DNA of 64,000 nucleotides from Candidatus Bathyarchaeota archaeon. Lineage in GTDB: Archaea > Thermoproteota > Bathyarchaeia > TCS64. Below are positions 1 through 9,795 of this stretch, piece after piece. The notes under the pieces are model-generated. The model saw only the letters and a program-made list of their open reading frames with translations. It searched no databases and had not been told where the DNA came from. The position numbers and the translations under genes were made by a program. Within the stretch, counting starts at the first letter, position 1. The number at the start of each line of letters is the position of its first letter. The stretch covers positions 256,001 through 320,000 of the forward strand of contig CAVYLP010000003.1 of NCBI GenBank assembly GCA_963769425.1. Direction: 5' to 3'.

Positions 1-870
1 CTGTGAGGTCCCTCGATGACCGAGTCGGTCATCTCCTCGCCGCGGTAGCCGGGGAGGCAATGCATGAAGACGCTATCGGGCTTCGCGAACTTGATAGTCT
101 CGTCATTGATCTGGTACTTGGCGAAGGCGACCTTGCGCTGCTCGATGTCCTTGTGCCCCATGCTGTGGAAGGTATTGGCGTAGACCACGTCGGCGCCCTT
201 CAGCGCCTCCTCTAGGTCGTCGGTGACGACCATCTGGGTCTTGCCGATGCTGGCATGCTCCTCCGCGAACTTTGTTATCTTGGGGTTCGGTGCCCAGCCC
301 TTGGGTAGTGCGATGTAGCAGTCCATACCTAGGAGGCTGCTACAGGTCATGAGGCTGTGGCAGACGTTCCACGGGTCGCCGACGTAGGCGAGCTTGTAGG
401 CCCTTGATGTGGCCCTTGTGCTCTCGGATTGTGAGCATGTCGGCGAGGCCCTGGCAGGGGTGCACGAGGTCAGTTAGCGCGTTGATGACGGGGTTCTTCA
501 TGTACTTGGCGTATTCGTCGACGATTTCCTGACCGTAGGTGCGTATAACGAGTGCGTCGCAGTACCTGTCGAGAATGCGCGCCGTGTCCTTGATGGGCTC
601 GCCGCGCGCCAGCTGCATCGTGTCGGGTGTCGCGTAGAAGCTCTGCGCCCCAAGGTGGGCGATGCCCGCTTGGAAGCTGAAGCGGGTACGCGTGCTATTC
701 TTCTCGAAGACCATGGCGATGGTACGCCCCGCAAGGTAGTCGTGAGGTTCCTTCATCATCCGCTTATACTTCAGCTGCTGGGCGACGTCCAGCATGTAGG
801 TGATCTCGAGGGGTGAATAGTCCATAAGGGTGAGGAAGTCCTTTCCGAGGAAGCGATCCTTCATACTCAT
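1..870 (-). CDS. Ornithine carbamoyltransferase-family transcarbamylase; one frameshift near 397; runs off the window edge
   Basis: ORF 340..870 has STRT and HPCQ motifs; an alternative frame continues KLAYVGDPWNVCHSL...ADVVYANTFHSMG...FMHCLPGYRGEE to base 1. Confidence 0.85.
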
Positions 871-1071
871 TACAGGTCGTGGTATGATCCATCTAGAACG
901 TCTTTAACATTAACGGTCGCGGATGTGGCACGGGTTGCTGCAACGATAGATAACGGAAAAAAAGTGCTGGGTGAACCTACAGACGCAGCCTCAGGCCTGT
1001 CCGAAGTGCGGGAATGCCCTCAAGCCCGGTCAGAAATTCTGCAACATTTGTGGCGCTCAGTTACAGTAGGG

Positions 1072-1536
1072 CTACTTCCAGTCCCCGAGCGCCTTCCTTA
1101 TGTCTAGTATCTTGCCGTAATGGTAGGCGTTATGCTCGACGATTATCATGAGCTCGCGCAGGTAGGTGTTCTCGGTCTGCGGGACCATCGAGAGAAGGTC
1201 GATCTCCGTGTTCTTCGCTAGTTTTATTGCCCTCCTCTGATCTTTGAAGAAGCCATCAAGCGACTTTTTCCACTCCTCATCTGTCGGTTTATGCCCTGTT
1301 TCGGGCCAGAATCCTATCGGCCACTCCGTAGGCTTCCAGTCTGGATCGAGTGCGAAGTCAAGGAGGTCCTTCTGCGCTCTGCGAATGTGCTCCAGCTCCT
1401 CGTAGACGGAGTGCAGGGCCTTGTTCGGTCTCACCCCTCTGAGTTCGGGTTTCATGCCGTCGAGCCCGGCCTTGTAGTCGACAAATGCCTGACCGCCCTT
1501 AAGCGATAACACGAGATGTTCTCTAAAAGCGTCCAT
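1072..1536 (-). CDS. DinB-family protein
   Basis: 154 aa; HSVYEELEH near the N-terminus and C-terminal EHNAYHYG, typical DinB histidines. Confidence 0.75.
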   Translation of the reverse strand: MDAFREHLVLSLKGGQAFVDYKAGLDGMKPELRGVRPNKALHSVYEELEHIRRAQKDLLDFALDPDWKPTEWPIGFWPETGHKPTDEEWKKSLDGFFKDQRRAIKLAKNTEIDLLSMVPQTENTYLRELMIIVEHNAYHYGKILDIRKALGDWK

Positions 1537-1599
1537 TCAATGCACCTGCCTAGGTGGTGGGTGCAGGATGGATATTAAAGTGAATATTGAGGTGGGAGT

Positions 1600-2802
1600 T
1601 TAGGCGCGCCACTCGCGACCGAGGACCTCGCGGCTGATGATGACTTTCTGTACGTTCGCCGCGCCCTCCGCGCCGATACAGTAGCTCATCAAGCCACGGA
1701 GACCCATCTCGAGGGGGCACTCCTTGGTGTAGCCGTAGGCGCCCATCCAGAGGAGGACCCTGCGGAACACGTCTAGCGCGTGGTGTGGTGCGAGGTACTT
1801 GCACATGCCGAGGTATTTGCTCACCTCGAGGGCATCGAAGGTGCCGTGCTTATACTTCTGGTCGAGCATCCATGCCGTCTTGTAGACGAGGCTCTTGATG
1901 GCCTCGTGGTGGGCCGCCATGTCAGCTAGGTCGAACTGCACTCCCTGGAACTTGGCGATCGGCTGGCCGAAGACCTGACGCTGCTTTATGTAATCCATGC
2001 CTAGCTCCATCGCACGTGAAGCCGCGCCTATGCAGCTGGCGGAGACCATGACGCGGGCCGCGTCGAAGCCCTCCATCGTGTAGTAGAAGCCCTTGCCCTC
2101 CTCGCCGAGGAGGTACTCCTTGGGGAGCTGGACGTCGGTCATCTTGAATCCGCCGGTGCTGATGGCCATCCTGCCCATGTTATCGAAGCGCTTCGTTATC
2201 TCGACGCCTGGGGCGTTGATTGGCATGAATAGGGCGCTCATGCCCTTGTGGCCCTTCGCGCGGTCGGTGTAGCCGGAGACGAAGTAGCCGCCGTTGATCT
2301 CGGTGGCCTCGGCGGTGCCGCTGATGTAGCACTTCTCGCCGTTGAGGAGGTAGCCCTTGTCGTTTTTCTTGATCATCGTCTTGAAGCCGGCGACGTCACT
2401 GCCGCCCCCGGGCTCCGTGGCGCCGATCCCTATGAACGACTCACCTCTCGCCGCCTTGCGGAGGCACGCCTCTCTGACGGGCTCCTGCGCATACTTGTCG
2501 ACGACGAAGCCCCAGCTCGCCTGAACGAGGTAGAAGACGGGGGACGCTACGGAGATGTCGGCGTAGCCGAGCTCCTCGGCCCCGATGGTGGCCGTGATCC
2601 AGTCTGCGCCTGCGCCGCCGTGCTCCTCGGGCAGCGTGAGACAGAGAAGACCCAGGTCGCCGAGCCCCTTCATGAAGCTCTTAGGGATCTGGTGCTTCGT
2701 GTCGTTCTCCCTGACCTGCTCTAGTGTCAGGTTCTTCGAGAGCCAGTCCTTTACTGACTCGCGGAACAGCTGCTGCTCTTCGGTGAATGAGAAGTCTATC
2801 AA
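1600..2802 (-). CDS. Acyl-CoA dehydrogenase
   Basis: DFSFTEEQ start, TEPGGGSD, LNGEKCYIS, RQVFGQPIAKFQGVQ, GAYGY; TTG start at 2802 preferred over 2907. Confidence 0.93.
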   Translation of the reverse strand: MIDFSFTEEQQLFRESVKDWLSKNLTLEQVRENDTKHQIPKSFMKGLGDLGLLCLTLPEEHGGAGADWITATIGAEELGYADISVASPVFYLVQASWGFVVDKYAQEPVREACLRKAARGESFIGIGATEPGGGSDVAGFKTMIKKNDKGYLLNGEKCYISGTAEATEINGGYFVSGYTDRAKGHKGMSALFMPINAPGVEITKRFDNMGRMAISTGGFKMTDVQLPKEYLLGEEGKGFYYTMEGFDAARVMVSASCIGAASRAMELGMDYIKQRQVFGQPIAKFQGVQFDLADMAAHHEAIKSLVYKTAWMLDQKYKHGTFDALEVSKYLGMCKYLAPHHALDVFRRVLLWMGAYGYTKECPLEMGLRGLMSYCIGAEGAANVQKVIISREVLGREWRA

Positions 2803-2864
2803 CGTTACAACCCTCTGTTTTTGCTGTCTGAGCGCCCCGACGATATTTAAGCACTTCGTCATGA

Positions 2865-2893
2865 GACGAATACGGGTTCGACGTGAGACGATT
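2865..2893 (-). promoter_or_regulatory. Putative operator TCGT-N4-YGTCGA-N8-TCGWC upstream of acyl-CoA dehydrogenase
   Basis: Minus strand AATCGTctcaCGTCGAacccgtatTCGTC; similar motifs at 35122 and 39822. Confidence 0.45.
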
Positions 2894-2951
2894 CCATTCT
2901 TCGGCAACGATTAATACCCAATCGGACCAAGCTTGAGGCGTGGGTTTCCTG

Positions 2952-4121
2952 ATGAAGATACTTGTACTCGGGATGGGCCTAATGGGGCCGACCGTCGCCA
3001 AGGATTGTGCCGGCGACAAGCGTGTGGAGAAGGTAACGGGCTGCGACATCGACGAGTCGAAGCTGCAGGCGGCTAAGAAGTACGTTGACAGCAAGAAGTT
3101 CGACACGAAGAAGGCGGACTTGACAAGCCACGAGTCGCTCGTCGCCGCTATGAAGGGCTACGACGTCGTGGTGAACGCTTCCTCTGCGAAGTTCAGCATG
3201 GGCGTCCTAAAGGCCGCCATGGAAGCGAAATGTAACGTGGAGGATCTCGCCGGCGGAGGATATCCGCTCGACGGCCCCATCTACAAGGAGGTGGAGAAGG
3301 CCGGGATCACAGCCATCCCCGGGAGCGGCGTCGACCCGGGCCTCATTGACCTTCTTTGCGGGCAGGCGATGGAGTACATGGACGATGTGGAGGACGTTAA
3401 CTTCGCCTGCGGCGGCCTACCAAAGGACCCTAAGCCACCGCTCGACTACAAGATAGTCTTCGGCGGCACCCGGATGCCCATACGCCCCGGCAAGGTCCCA
3501 ATGATCGTAGACGGCAAGGTCCAAGAGATGGATAGATACAGCGAGGTCGAAGGCATCTTCGTCAACCAATACCCGGAGATGGAAGCATTCATCGACGGCT
3601 TCCCCTCCAGCCTCCTCAACCTCTGCCAGGAGAAGAAGGTCAAAAACTTCCGCGGCAAAACGATCAGGTACAGCGGCTTCGTTGACAAGCTCATGTTTCT
3701 CCTCGACCTCGGCGTTATCAGTAGCAAGCCAATCACCTACCAAGGGCGGGAGATCGTGCCCATTGACCTCTTCCACGAGCTCGTCTACCCCATCATAAAG
3801 TTCGACGAGGCAGCGGGGGACAGGGACATCACCGTCCTACAGGTAAGCGTATCTGGGAAGAAGGGCGGGATCGATATCGACGTCAACTACGAGATGCTTG
3901 ATGAGTACGACGAGAAGGCCGGTGTGACCTCGATGGCGAAGACCACGGGCTTCACCGCCGCCATAATCGCCCGTATCCTCGGAAGCGGCGCAGTAAAGAA
4001 GAAGGGCATACAGTGGCCCGTAAGAGTCATCAGGGGCGAACTATTTGAGGAACTCCTAAGCAGCCTCAGGGAGAGAGGCGTCGAGATAACAGAGACTATT
4101 ACGAAGACCCGTGGCGTCTAA
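2952..4121 (+). CDS. Saccharopine dehydrogenase / lysine 6-dehydrogenase family
   Basis: GMGLMG Rossmann motif, GVDPG, CGGLP, KTIRYSG, SMAKTTG. Confidence 0.85.
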   Translation: MKILVLGMGLMGPTVAKDCAGDKRVEKVTGCDIDESKLQAAKKYVDSKKFDTKKADLTSHESLVAAMKGYDVVVNASSAKFSMGVLKAAMEAKCNVEDLAGGGYPLDGPIYKEVEKAGITAIPGSGVDPGLIDLLCGQAMEYMDDVEDVNFACGGLPKDPKPPLDYKIVFGGTRMPIRPGKVPMIVDGKVQEMDRYSEVEGIFVNQYPEMEAFIDGFPSSLLNLCQEKKVKNFRGKTIRYSGFVDKLMFLLDLGVISSKPITYQGREIVPIDLFHELVYPIIKFDEAAGDRDITVLQVSVSGKKGGIDIDVNYEMLDEYDEKAGVTSMAKTTGFTAAIIARILGSGAVKKKGIQWPVRVIRGELFEELLSSLRERGVEITETITKTRGV

Positions 4122-4333
4122 GCTACTACAGACGCTGGGGCCGGCGTCGGCTCCTTCCTTCTATAATACAGGTAGATGCCCACCGCGAGGATGGCGGGCA
4201 CATGGAATATGCATACCTCGAATATCGGGTCCATGAACATGTACGCCGAGCGCTGAACAACGAACAGTACCACTGATATTAGGCCGAGTATGATGGCAGT
4301 CGTCCTCCAGGAGTTAAGGTCCGTAGGGTTCAA
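4118..4333 (-). CDS. Small two-TM membrane protein
   Basis: 71 aa with two hydrophobic segments, downstream of rpoK. Confidence 0.55.
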   Translation of the reverse strand: MNPTDLNSWRTTAIILGLISVVLFVVQRSAYMFMDPIFEVCIFHVPAILAVGIYLYYRRKEPTPAPASVVA

Positions 4334-4376
4334 CGGCTATGAGTGACAGCTTCCGGGGTAAAAAGGCTTCACCGGG

Positions 4377-4619
4377 TCAGCGCAGGTCGACGAGTGGGAT
4401 GTCCTGGTGTGAGCCGTCGGGCAGCGTCCTCCTGATGGTCATGGGGAGGACCCCCTCGTTTAGCTCCGCTAACGCGATGTCGATCGGGTCGCTGACCCTT
4501 TGTGGTAGTTCGACCAAGATTGGTGCCCCCAGCGATACCTGTAGCGCGCGTGCGCCTACGATCCTCGCCCTCTCGAAGCGCGTGAGCTTCGGCGGGCCAA
4601 TCATGACGTTTCCACTCAT
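4377..4619 (-). CDS. rpoK: DNA-directed RNA polymerase subunit K (Rpo6)
   Basis: [22 protein letters not shown] signature. Confidence 0.96.
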   Translation of the reverse strand: MSGNVMIGPPKLTRFERARIVGARALQVSLGAPILVELPQRVSDPIDIALAELNEGVLPMTIRRTLPDGSHQDIPLVDLR

Positions 4620-4809
4620 CGTATTTACCTTCACAAAGCATAGATCTTAGGCAGCGCGTTAAGTGTGCAGGATGCGGTTCGACCGGAGTCATGTTCACAC
4701 AAAGTTGCCACCACGAAACTAACCTAGCAAACCAGATACTCTCAATATAAACATGCCTATTAACCTTTCAGAATTAACACTAATCTGAAAATTGGGTGGG
4801 ACGCCAAGT

Positions 4810-5724
4810 CTACTTCTCAGCTACAACCTTGTTCTTGATGGAGCCGATCTTCTCGACGCCCACCTCGACTATGTCTCCGGGTTTGAGGAGGCCGAGCGGG
4901 TGAGCCATGCCAACGCCCGATGGGGTGCCTGTGGCGAAAATGTCACCGACCTCGAGGGTTATCCCCGCGGACAGGGTGGCGACAATCTTCTTGAGGTTGA
5001 AGATCATGTCACTAGTATTCGTGTGCTGCCTCTCCTCACCGTTGACCTTGCACCAGAGATCAAGGTCCTGCGGGTCGCCGACTTCGTCCCTCGTCACGAT
5101 CCAGGGGCCCATTGGGGCGAACGTGTCGAGGCTCTTTCCCCTGTACCACTGCTGGTGCTTCGACTGCAGGTCCCTGGCGGAGACGTCGTCGAAAGCCATA
5201 TAGCCGGCGATATAGTCGTAGACCTTCTCCTCGGGGATATTCTTCCCCTTCTTCCCGATGACGAAGGCGAGCTCAGCCTCGTAGTCGAGCTTTTCGGTGA
5301 CCTTCGGGTAGATTATGTTATCGTAGGGTCCCGTTACAGCGGTTGGAGGCTTTGTGAAGTAAATTGGTACTGGCGGCAGGTTTGGTGCTGCTCCACCCTT
5401 GCTCCCCTCCTTCACGTGCTCAGCGTAGTTCAGCCCAAGACAGACGATGTTTTTTCTCGGCCTCGGTATCGGGGCCATCAGTTTCGCTTTCTTGAGGGGG
5501 GTGAGATATTTGGAGCCTTCTGCGGCTTTCATCGCCTTCTTCGCCTCGACCAGACCCCTGGAGCCAAGGTCGAGGAAACCGAGCATGTCGAGAGGAGCGA
5601 CCTTTACGCTCTTGAACGAGTCTCCGAGATGCGCCTTGAAGGCTGCATTTAGGTCGAGCACATCGTCGCCTACGACTGCGCCGATACTGATGTTTTTCCC
5701 GAATCGATAGGTTACGAGTTTCAT
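4810..5724 (-). CDS. Fumarylacetoacetate hydrolase-family protein
   Basis: CLGLNY, LDYEAEL, DVSARDLQ, GKSLDTFAPMGP, ATGTPSGVG. Confidence 0.92.
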   Translation of the reverse strand: MKLVTYRFGKNISIGAVVGDDVLDLNAAFKAHLGDSFKSVKVAPLDMLGFLDLGSRGLVEAKKAMKAAEGSKYLTPLKKAKLMAPIPRPRKNIVCLGLNYAEHVKEGSKGGAAPNLPPVPIYFTKPPTAVTGPYDNIIYPKVTEKLDYEAELAFVIGKKGKNIPEEKVYDYIAGYMAFDDVSARDLQSKHQQWYRGKSLDTFAPMGPWIVTRDEVGDPQDLDLWCKVNGEERQHTNTSDMIFNLKKIVATLSAGITLEVGDIFATGTPSGVGMAHPLGLLKPGDIVEVGVEKIGSIKNKVVAEK

Positions 5725-5786
5725 GCCAATCCCTTAATGCAACATGCTCGGGTTTTTAACACCATACGGTAAACGGTAGGATCGAG

Positions 5787-6176
5787 ATGGAAATCAAGAC
5801 ACACGAGGAGATTTCGCAGACGCTTGTTGGTATCCCACTAGAGGTCGTGGACGGGGTTAGGGCTGTTGCGGAGCTAACCGCGACTGGTGAGATGGCTGCG
5901 GACTCGACTGGACTCATCCATGGGGGATTCACCTTCGGCCTCGCAGACTACGCCGCGATGCTCGCAGTCAATCACCCGAACGTGGTGCTCGGCCAGGCTC
6001 AAGCGAAGTTCACCGCACCAATCCGTGTCGGTGAGACGATGAAGGCCGAGGCCATTGTCACGAAGAGAGAGGGGAGAAAAAGTGAGGTGAACGTCGAGGT
6101 TAAGGTGGGGGACAGGAAGGTATTCACTGGGTCGTTTACCTGCTATACTCTCGACAAACACGTTCTTGATATATGA
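5787..6176 (+). CDS. PaaI-family hotdog thioesterase
   Basis: GLIHGGFTFGLADYAA motif. Confidence 0.85.
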   Translation: MEIKTHEEISQTLVGIPLEVVDGVRAVAELTATGEMAADSTGLIHGGFTFGLADYAAMLAVNHPNVVLGQAQAKFTAPIRVGETMKAEAIVTKREGRKSEVNVEVKVGDRKVFTGSFTCYTLDKHVLDI

Positions 6177-6255
6177 CTGGAAATCGATGCAAAAAAATAG
6201 GCTAATTCTTTTATATTGCCCGTCGTTAATAGACGGCATTCAGGTGCGATCAAAA

Positions 6256-6636
6256 TTGACAATCGTTATCGACCCCTCAAAGGAAGGTCTCGAAAAAGTC
6301 CTCAGGGACTACCAGATCGAGGCACTGCAGATCATCTGGAACAGCGACAATAAGGGCATGACCTCACGCGAGGTCTACCAGGCGGTCAACAAGTCGCTCG
6401 GGAGTAAGACAATCTCAAGGGCCTCCATAATCAACTTCCTCAACGATATGTGCGACGAGGGAGTCCTGAAGTACGAGGAGGAGACCTGCAAGGGCGGGAC
6501 CCGTAGGAAGTACTTCACCGGACTTGACGAGCTTGGTTTCAAGAAACATGTGGCCAAGGTTGTATTCAAGAGTCTCATGAAGGACTTCCCTGTGCAGACA
6601 AGGGAAGCCGTCGAGGAAGTCATCAACGACAACTAG
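6256..6636 (+). CDS. BlaI/MecI/CopY-like winged-helix transcriptional regulator
   Basis: ALQIIW..MTSREVY..ISRASIINFLNDMCDEGVL wHTH pattern; CAGGTG SD before the TTG start. Confidence 0.7.
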   Translation: MTIVIDPSKEGLEKVLRDYQIEALQIIWNSDNKGMTSREVYQAVNKSLGSKTISRASIINFLNDMCDEGVLKYEEETCKGGTRRKYFTGLDELGFKKHVAKVVFKSLMKDFPVQTREAVEEVINDN

Positions 6637-6687
6637 GCGAGAAAGCCTAAGCTTCTTTTAATCTGTAACATCACTCTTCTCCCAGAT

Positions 6688-6900
6688 ATGCGTATTATCG
6701 TCGACGTCAAGGCCGAGTCCCGGGAGGAGAGCGTGGAGGAGATAGGCGAAGGCCACTACCTTGTGAGGGTTAAGGAGCCCCGCAAGAAGGGGAAGGCGAA
6801 CGTAGCTGTCCTCAAACTGCTGAAGAAGCATCTGGGTAAACAGGTCGCTCTCGTCTCTGGGGCGACTTCGACCACAAAGATCATTGAGGTCGAGGAGTAA
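6688..6900 (+). CDS. DUF167/YggU-family protein
   Basis: VKEPRKKGKAN, LVSGATS. Confidence 0.85.
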   Translation: MRIIVDVKAESREESVEEIGEGHYLVRVKEPRKKGKANVAVLKLLKKHLGKQVALVSGATSTTKIIEVEE

Positions 6901-6933
6901 GGAACTTAAACACAAGAGGGGAAACGTGGAGGC

Positions 6934-7569
6934 ATGACAAAGATAACCGAGCGCATCAGGGGCGTAGCAGTCTCCCTCGCAGACGGCCTCAGCACCATGG
7001 TCTATATACTCAAATGCGAGGGGGGGCTCATTCTTATAGACGTCGGCTTCACCCCCCTCTGCATCGAGAATATCGATGCAGAGCTGCGCGATATGGGGGA
7101 GAAGTGGGACAGCATTAAGCTCATACTCATCACACACGCCCACGGCGACCACATAGAGAACCTCCAAAAGGTCCTCGAACTCACAGGCCACCCAGAGGTG
7201 ATGCTTGGAGCAGGAGACATGGACGCGCTGAAAGAACAGACAGGCGTTGAGGCTGACATGGGTTTAGAGCAAGGCGACATCATCGACGCCTGCGGTGGCA
7301 TAGAAATTATAAACGTACCAGGCCACTCCGAGGGCAACCTTACCTATTATATCCGCGAGGAGAAGGCTATGATAGTCGGGGACACAATCTTCGGCGACGA
7401 TGACGGAAATCTCTACACCCCACCCGCTAAGTACAGTGACGATGCCGAAATGGCGAAACGGGAGATCAAGAAGCTACTCGACTACGATTTCGACAAACTC
7501 CTCCTTGCACATGGTAAGAATATACTTAGAAACGCGAAAGAGGAAGTCGAGAAACTGGCGAACTCCTAA
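6934..7569 (+). CDS. MBL-fold metallohydrolase
   Basis: THAHGDH, PGHS, VGD, AHG. Confidence 0.9.
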   Translation: MTKITERIRGVAVSLADGLSTMVYILKCEGGLILIDVGFTPLCIENIDAELRDMGEKWDSIKLILITHAHGDHIENLQKVLELTGHPEVMLGAGDMDALKEQTGVEADMGLEQGDIIDACGGIEIINVPGHSEGNLTYYIREEKAMIVGDTIFGDDDGNLYTPPAKYSDDAEMAKREIKKLLDYDFDKLLLAHGKNILRNAKEEVEKLANS

Positions 7570-7862
7570 CCGAGCGCAGCTATTACATCTTTGACAACTT
7601 TGCCCGGTTCGAGGCCGAGTTGCTTCGCCTTTGTTGTTGCAGCCTTTATCGGGGCGTTGAGGACATCGTCAAAGGTCTTCACTCCGCTCACGATGGCTGC
7701 AGCGGAGCCGAACTTCTCGGCGGCTTCTATATTGAGGTAACCGCACATGACGTAGCCCTTGGCTCCCTTGATTAGGAGGAGTGGTGGCGCGTTCTCGGGT
7801 AGCGTCGACTTCATCGCCTGGAAAGTTTTACCTCCGATCTCAATCTTCTCGATCTCAAACAT
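7566..7862 (-). CDS. DUF1805/YunC-family protein
   Basis: KGYVMCGYLNIEAAEKFG..AAAIVSGV. Confidence 0.85.
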   Translation of the reverse strand: MFEIEKIEIGGKTFQAMKSTLPENAPPLLLIKGAKGYVMCGYLNIEAAEKFGSAAAIVSGVKTFDDVLNAPIKAATTKAKQLGLEPGKVVKDVIAALG

Positions 7863-8017
7863 ATCTAGTCGATAGATGAGGCTTGGATCTGGAGATTTAA
7901 CCTCTTCGGGGTTAGCCACAGGTGTAAAAACCCATTTTTTTTTATTTATGAACAGTGGCAAAAATTATAGGAACAGGTCCACTGGAGTTGTAGAACTCTT
8001 GAACGACTACATGTTCA

Positions 8018-8254
8018 TCGATTCCTAGTGGCAGGTGCAAAAAGTGATGAATTTCCGGGATACCACCCTACTAGGAATCCACACCCAACCAGCCAGTGAG
8101 CCATACCACCCTACTAGGAATCAGATTCCTAGTGGCAGGTATCAGAGGGTCGAGGTGAGCACTCCGCGATTCCACCCTACTAGGTATGGGATTCCTACCC
8201 ACAGGTGCGAGTCATACCATGCTACTAGGAATCCGGTTCCTAGTGGCAGGAATC
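8018..8254. repeat. Array A: 8 copies of a 20-21 bp pseudo-palindrome GATWCC-N8/9-GGWATC
   Basis: Copies start at 8020, 8059, 8102, 8124, 8168, 8190, 8213, 8235, e.g. GATACCaccctactaGGAATC and GATTCCtagtggcaGGTATC. Confidence 0.9.
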
Positions 8255-8487
8255 CACGCGGGGTTAGTTGCCATGAGGAAATTCCACTATTTAATCGCCC
8301 TAAAGGGACACAGGAAGATCCATTCGGGGCTTTCGCACTATCTATTCACTATAGATACACGAGTTCGCCCTGTAATTTTGATTTTTTTCGCAGCTTTTTA
8401 ACCCCCACTCGTCGAGGTCCAGAACAAATAATAATCGGTTAACTGTTGTTAATTAAAATAGAGCTAAAAAGGCTAGCTTTAAGGAAC

Positions 8488-8724
8488 TCAGCCGGATTTC
8501 GATTTGAACATGGTGAAACCGCAGTTTCCGCATGTGTAGCGGTCACCGTGGTCGGCCATGAAGTATCCGCGCCCACACCTGTTGCAGAAGGGCCTCTTCC
8601 TCTCCAACTTACCGTCCTTGATCTCGTACTTCTTGTAGATCGAGTCGGCGCCCTTCTTCGGCTTCTTCTCAGCCGGTTTCTTATCCGCGGGCTTCTTGCC
8701 CTGTGGTGGTGGTGTTTGAGCCAT
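8488..8724 (-). CDS. rps27ae: 30S ribosomal protein S27ae
   Basis: [22 protein letters not shown]. Confidence 0.95.
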   Translation of the reverse strand: MAQTPPPQGKKPADKKPAEKKPKKGADSIYKKYEIKDGKLERKRPFCNRCGRGYFMADHGDRYTCGNCGFTMFKSKSG

Positions 8725-9068
8725 TACTTCTTCTCCTCCTCAGGCGCAGCGGGGGCGGCGGCGGTGGCGGGCTTCTCCTCGGCCTTCACGGCCTCCTTCC
8801 CCTTGTTGCGGATGATGATATACTTGGGCTCCACTGCCTCCGCCGTCGCCGCGTCGTTATAGACGTGGGCGAGGCCAGTCGTCACCCTTGTACCAGACTT
8901 CGCCTCCAAGACGCGGACGTAGACGTTATCGAGCTCGGTCCTCATTAGGACCGAGATCTCACGCCTGACATCGGCTCTGCTCGGAGTGGAGGCCTCAGTA
9001 ACCTTGAAGGCTAACTCCTTTCTACCAACCACCTTGTTGATCTTGGTGGATGTTAACTCCAGCTTCAC
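8724..9068 (-). CDS. rps24e: 30S ribosomal protein S24e
   Basis: [13 protein letters not shown]; conserved position in the rpoE-spt4-DUF359-S24e-S27ae operon. Confidence 0.92.
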   Translation of the reverse strand: MKLELTSTKINKVVGRKELAFKVTEASTPSRADVRREISVLMRTELDNVYVRVLEAKSGTRVTTGLAHVYNDAATAEAVEPKYIIIRNKGKEAVKAEEKPATAAAPAAPEEEKK

Positions 9069-9071
9069 TGT

Positions 9072-9557
9072 CTATTTCATCTCCATTCGGTTGAGGAATC
9101 CCCTCGCCCAGTCCCGCCTCTCGTCGGAAACGGTCACTACAACAAGCCCCTCGTGGGGCTGGCCGTAGGCTATCACCGATCCGATAGGCATCTCAGCCAA
9201 CAGCGGGAGGACCAGGAGGTCCTCTTCACCTTCCACGACTACCGCCACCCGCCTTTTAAGCGTTACCGCGGCCCGGAGGACGAGCCAAGCCTCCGCGTTG
9301 ATCGTCGCCGCCTCGTTGGGGACGTGTATCTCCTTCAAACCATGCTCGACCGGCTCGACTACGGCCCTGAGCGTCTTGCCATCAACCACAACGATATCGG
9401 GGAACAGCCCGGCGCAGATGAGGTTGGCCGCGACGAAGTCCCCGACAACTGCGAGGAGCGGTGGCTTTACCTTGAGCTTCTCCTTGAGACGGACGGCTGT
9501 ATCCTTCGGCTCACCTCGGTAAAGTTCGCCGAGGGGCGTCTTCAACTCGATACGCAT
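9072..9557 (-). CDS. GTP-dependent dephospho-CoA kinase (DUF359)
   Basis: VGD, VDGKTLR, VEGEEDLL, YGQP; operon context. Confidence 0.88.
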   Translation of the reverse strand: MRIELKTPLGELYRGEPKDTAVRLKEKLKVKPPLLAVVGDFVAANLICAGLFPDIVVVDGKTLRAVVEPVEHGLKEIHVPNEAATINAEAWLVLRAAVTLKRRVAVVVEGEEDLLVLPLLAEMPIGSVIAYGQPHEGLVVVTVSDERRDWARGFLNRMEMK

Positions 9558-9609
9558 AGATTCGGGTAGAAGCAGAGTCTTGATCTGGGGGAGGCTTGGA
9601 TCCTTGTTC

Positions 9610-9795
9610 TTAGCGTATCTTGAGGGCGTAACGCCCCGCCTCTTTGATCTTCATCTTCTCAGCCAACTGGCTCTTGGATGGGTCGAGTATGATGACAAAT
9701 CCGAGGAAGTCCTCGCTTAGCTCCGAGCCCTTGCAGACAGGGCAGACGTTCTCGTCGGTAATTATCTTACAAGTTCTGCAGGCTTTGAGTGGCAT
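9610..9795 (-). CDS. spt4: Transcription elongation factor Spt4 (RpoE'')
   Basis: KACRTC..CPVC..GRYALKIR. Confidence 0.93.
   Translation of the reverse strand: MPLKACRTCKIITDENVCPVCKGSELSEDFLGFVIILDPSKSQLAEKMKIKEAGRYALKIR

Noticed and set aside
7977-7987. TCCACTGGA resembling a mini-ORB
   Set aside because: Single short match with no G-string and no cdc6/orc1 nearby; insufficient to call an origin
8018-8254. Array A as a CRISPR array
   Set aside because: Units are 20-21 bp, degenerate and mostly abutting (1-3 bp gaps); no regular unique spacers and no cas genes in the window
8035-8442. 135-aa ORF with YHPTR repeats
   Set aside because: The peptide repeats mirror the DNA palindromes, codon usage is atypical and no domain is recognisable; probably spurious, though not excluded
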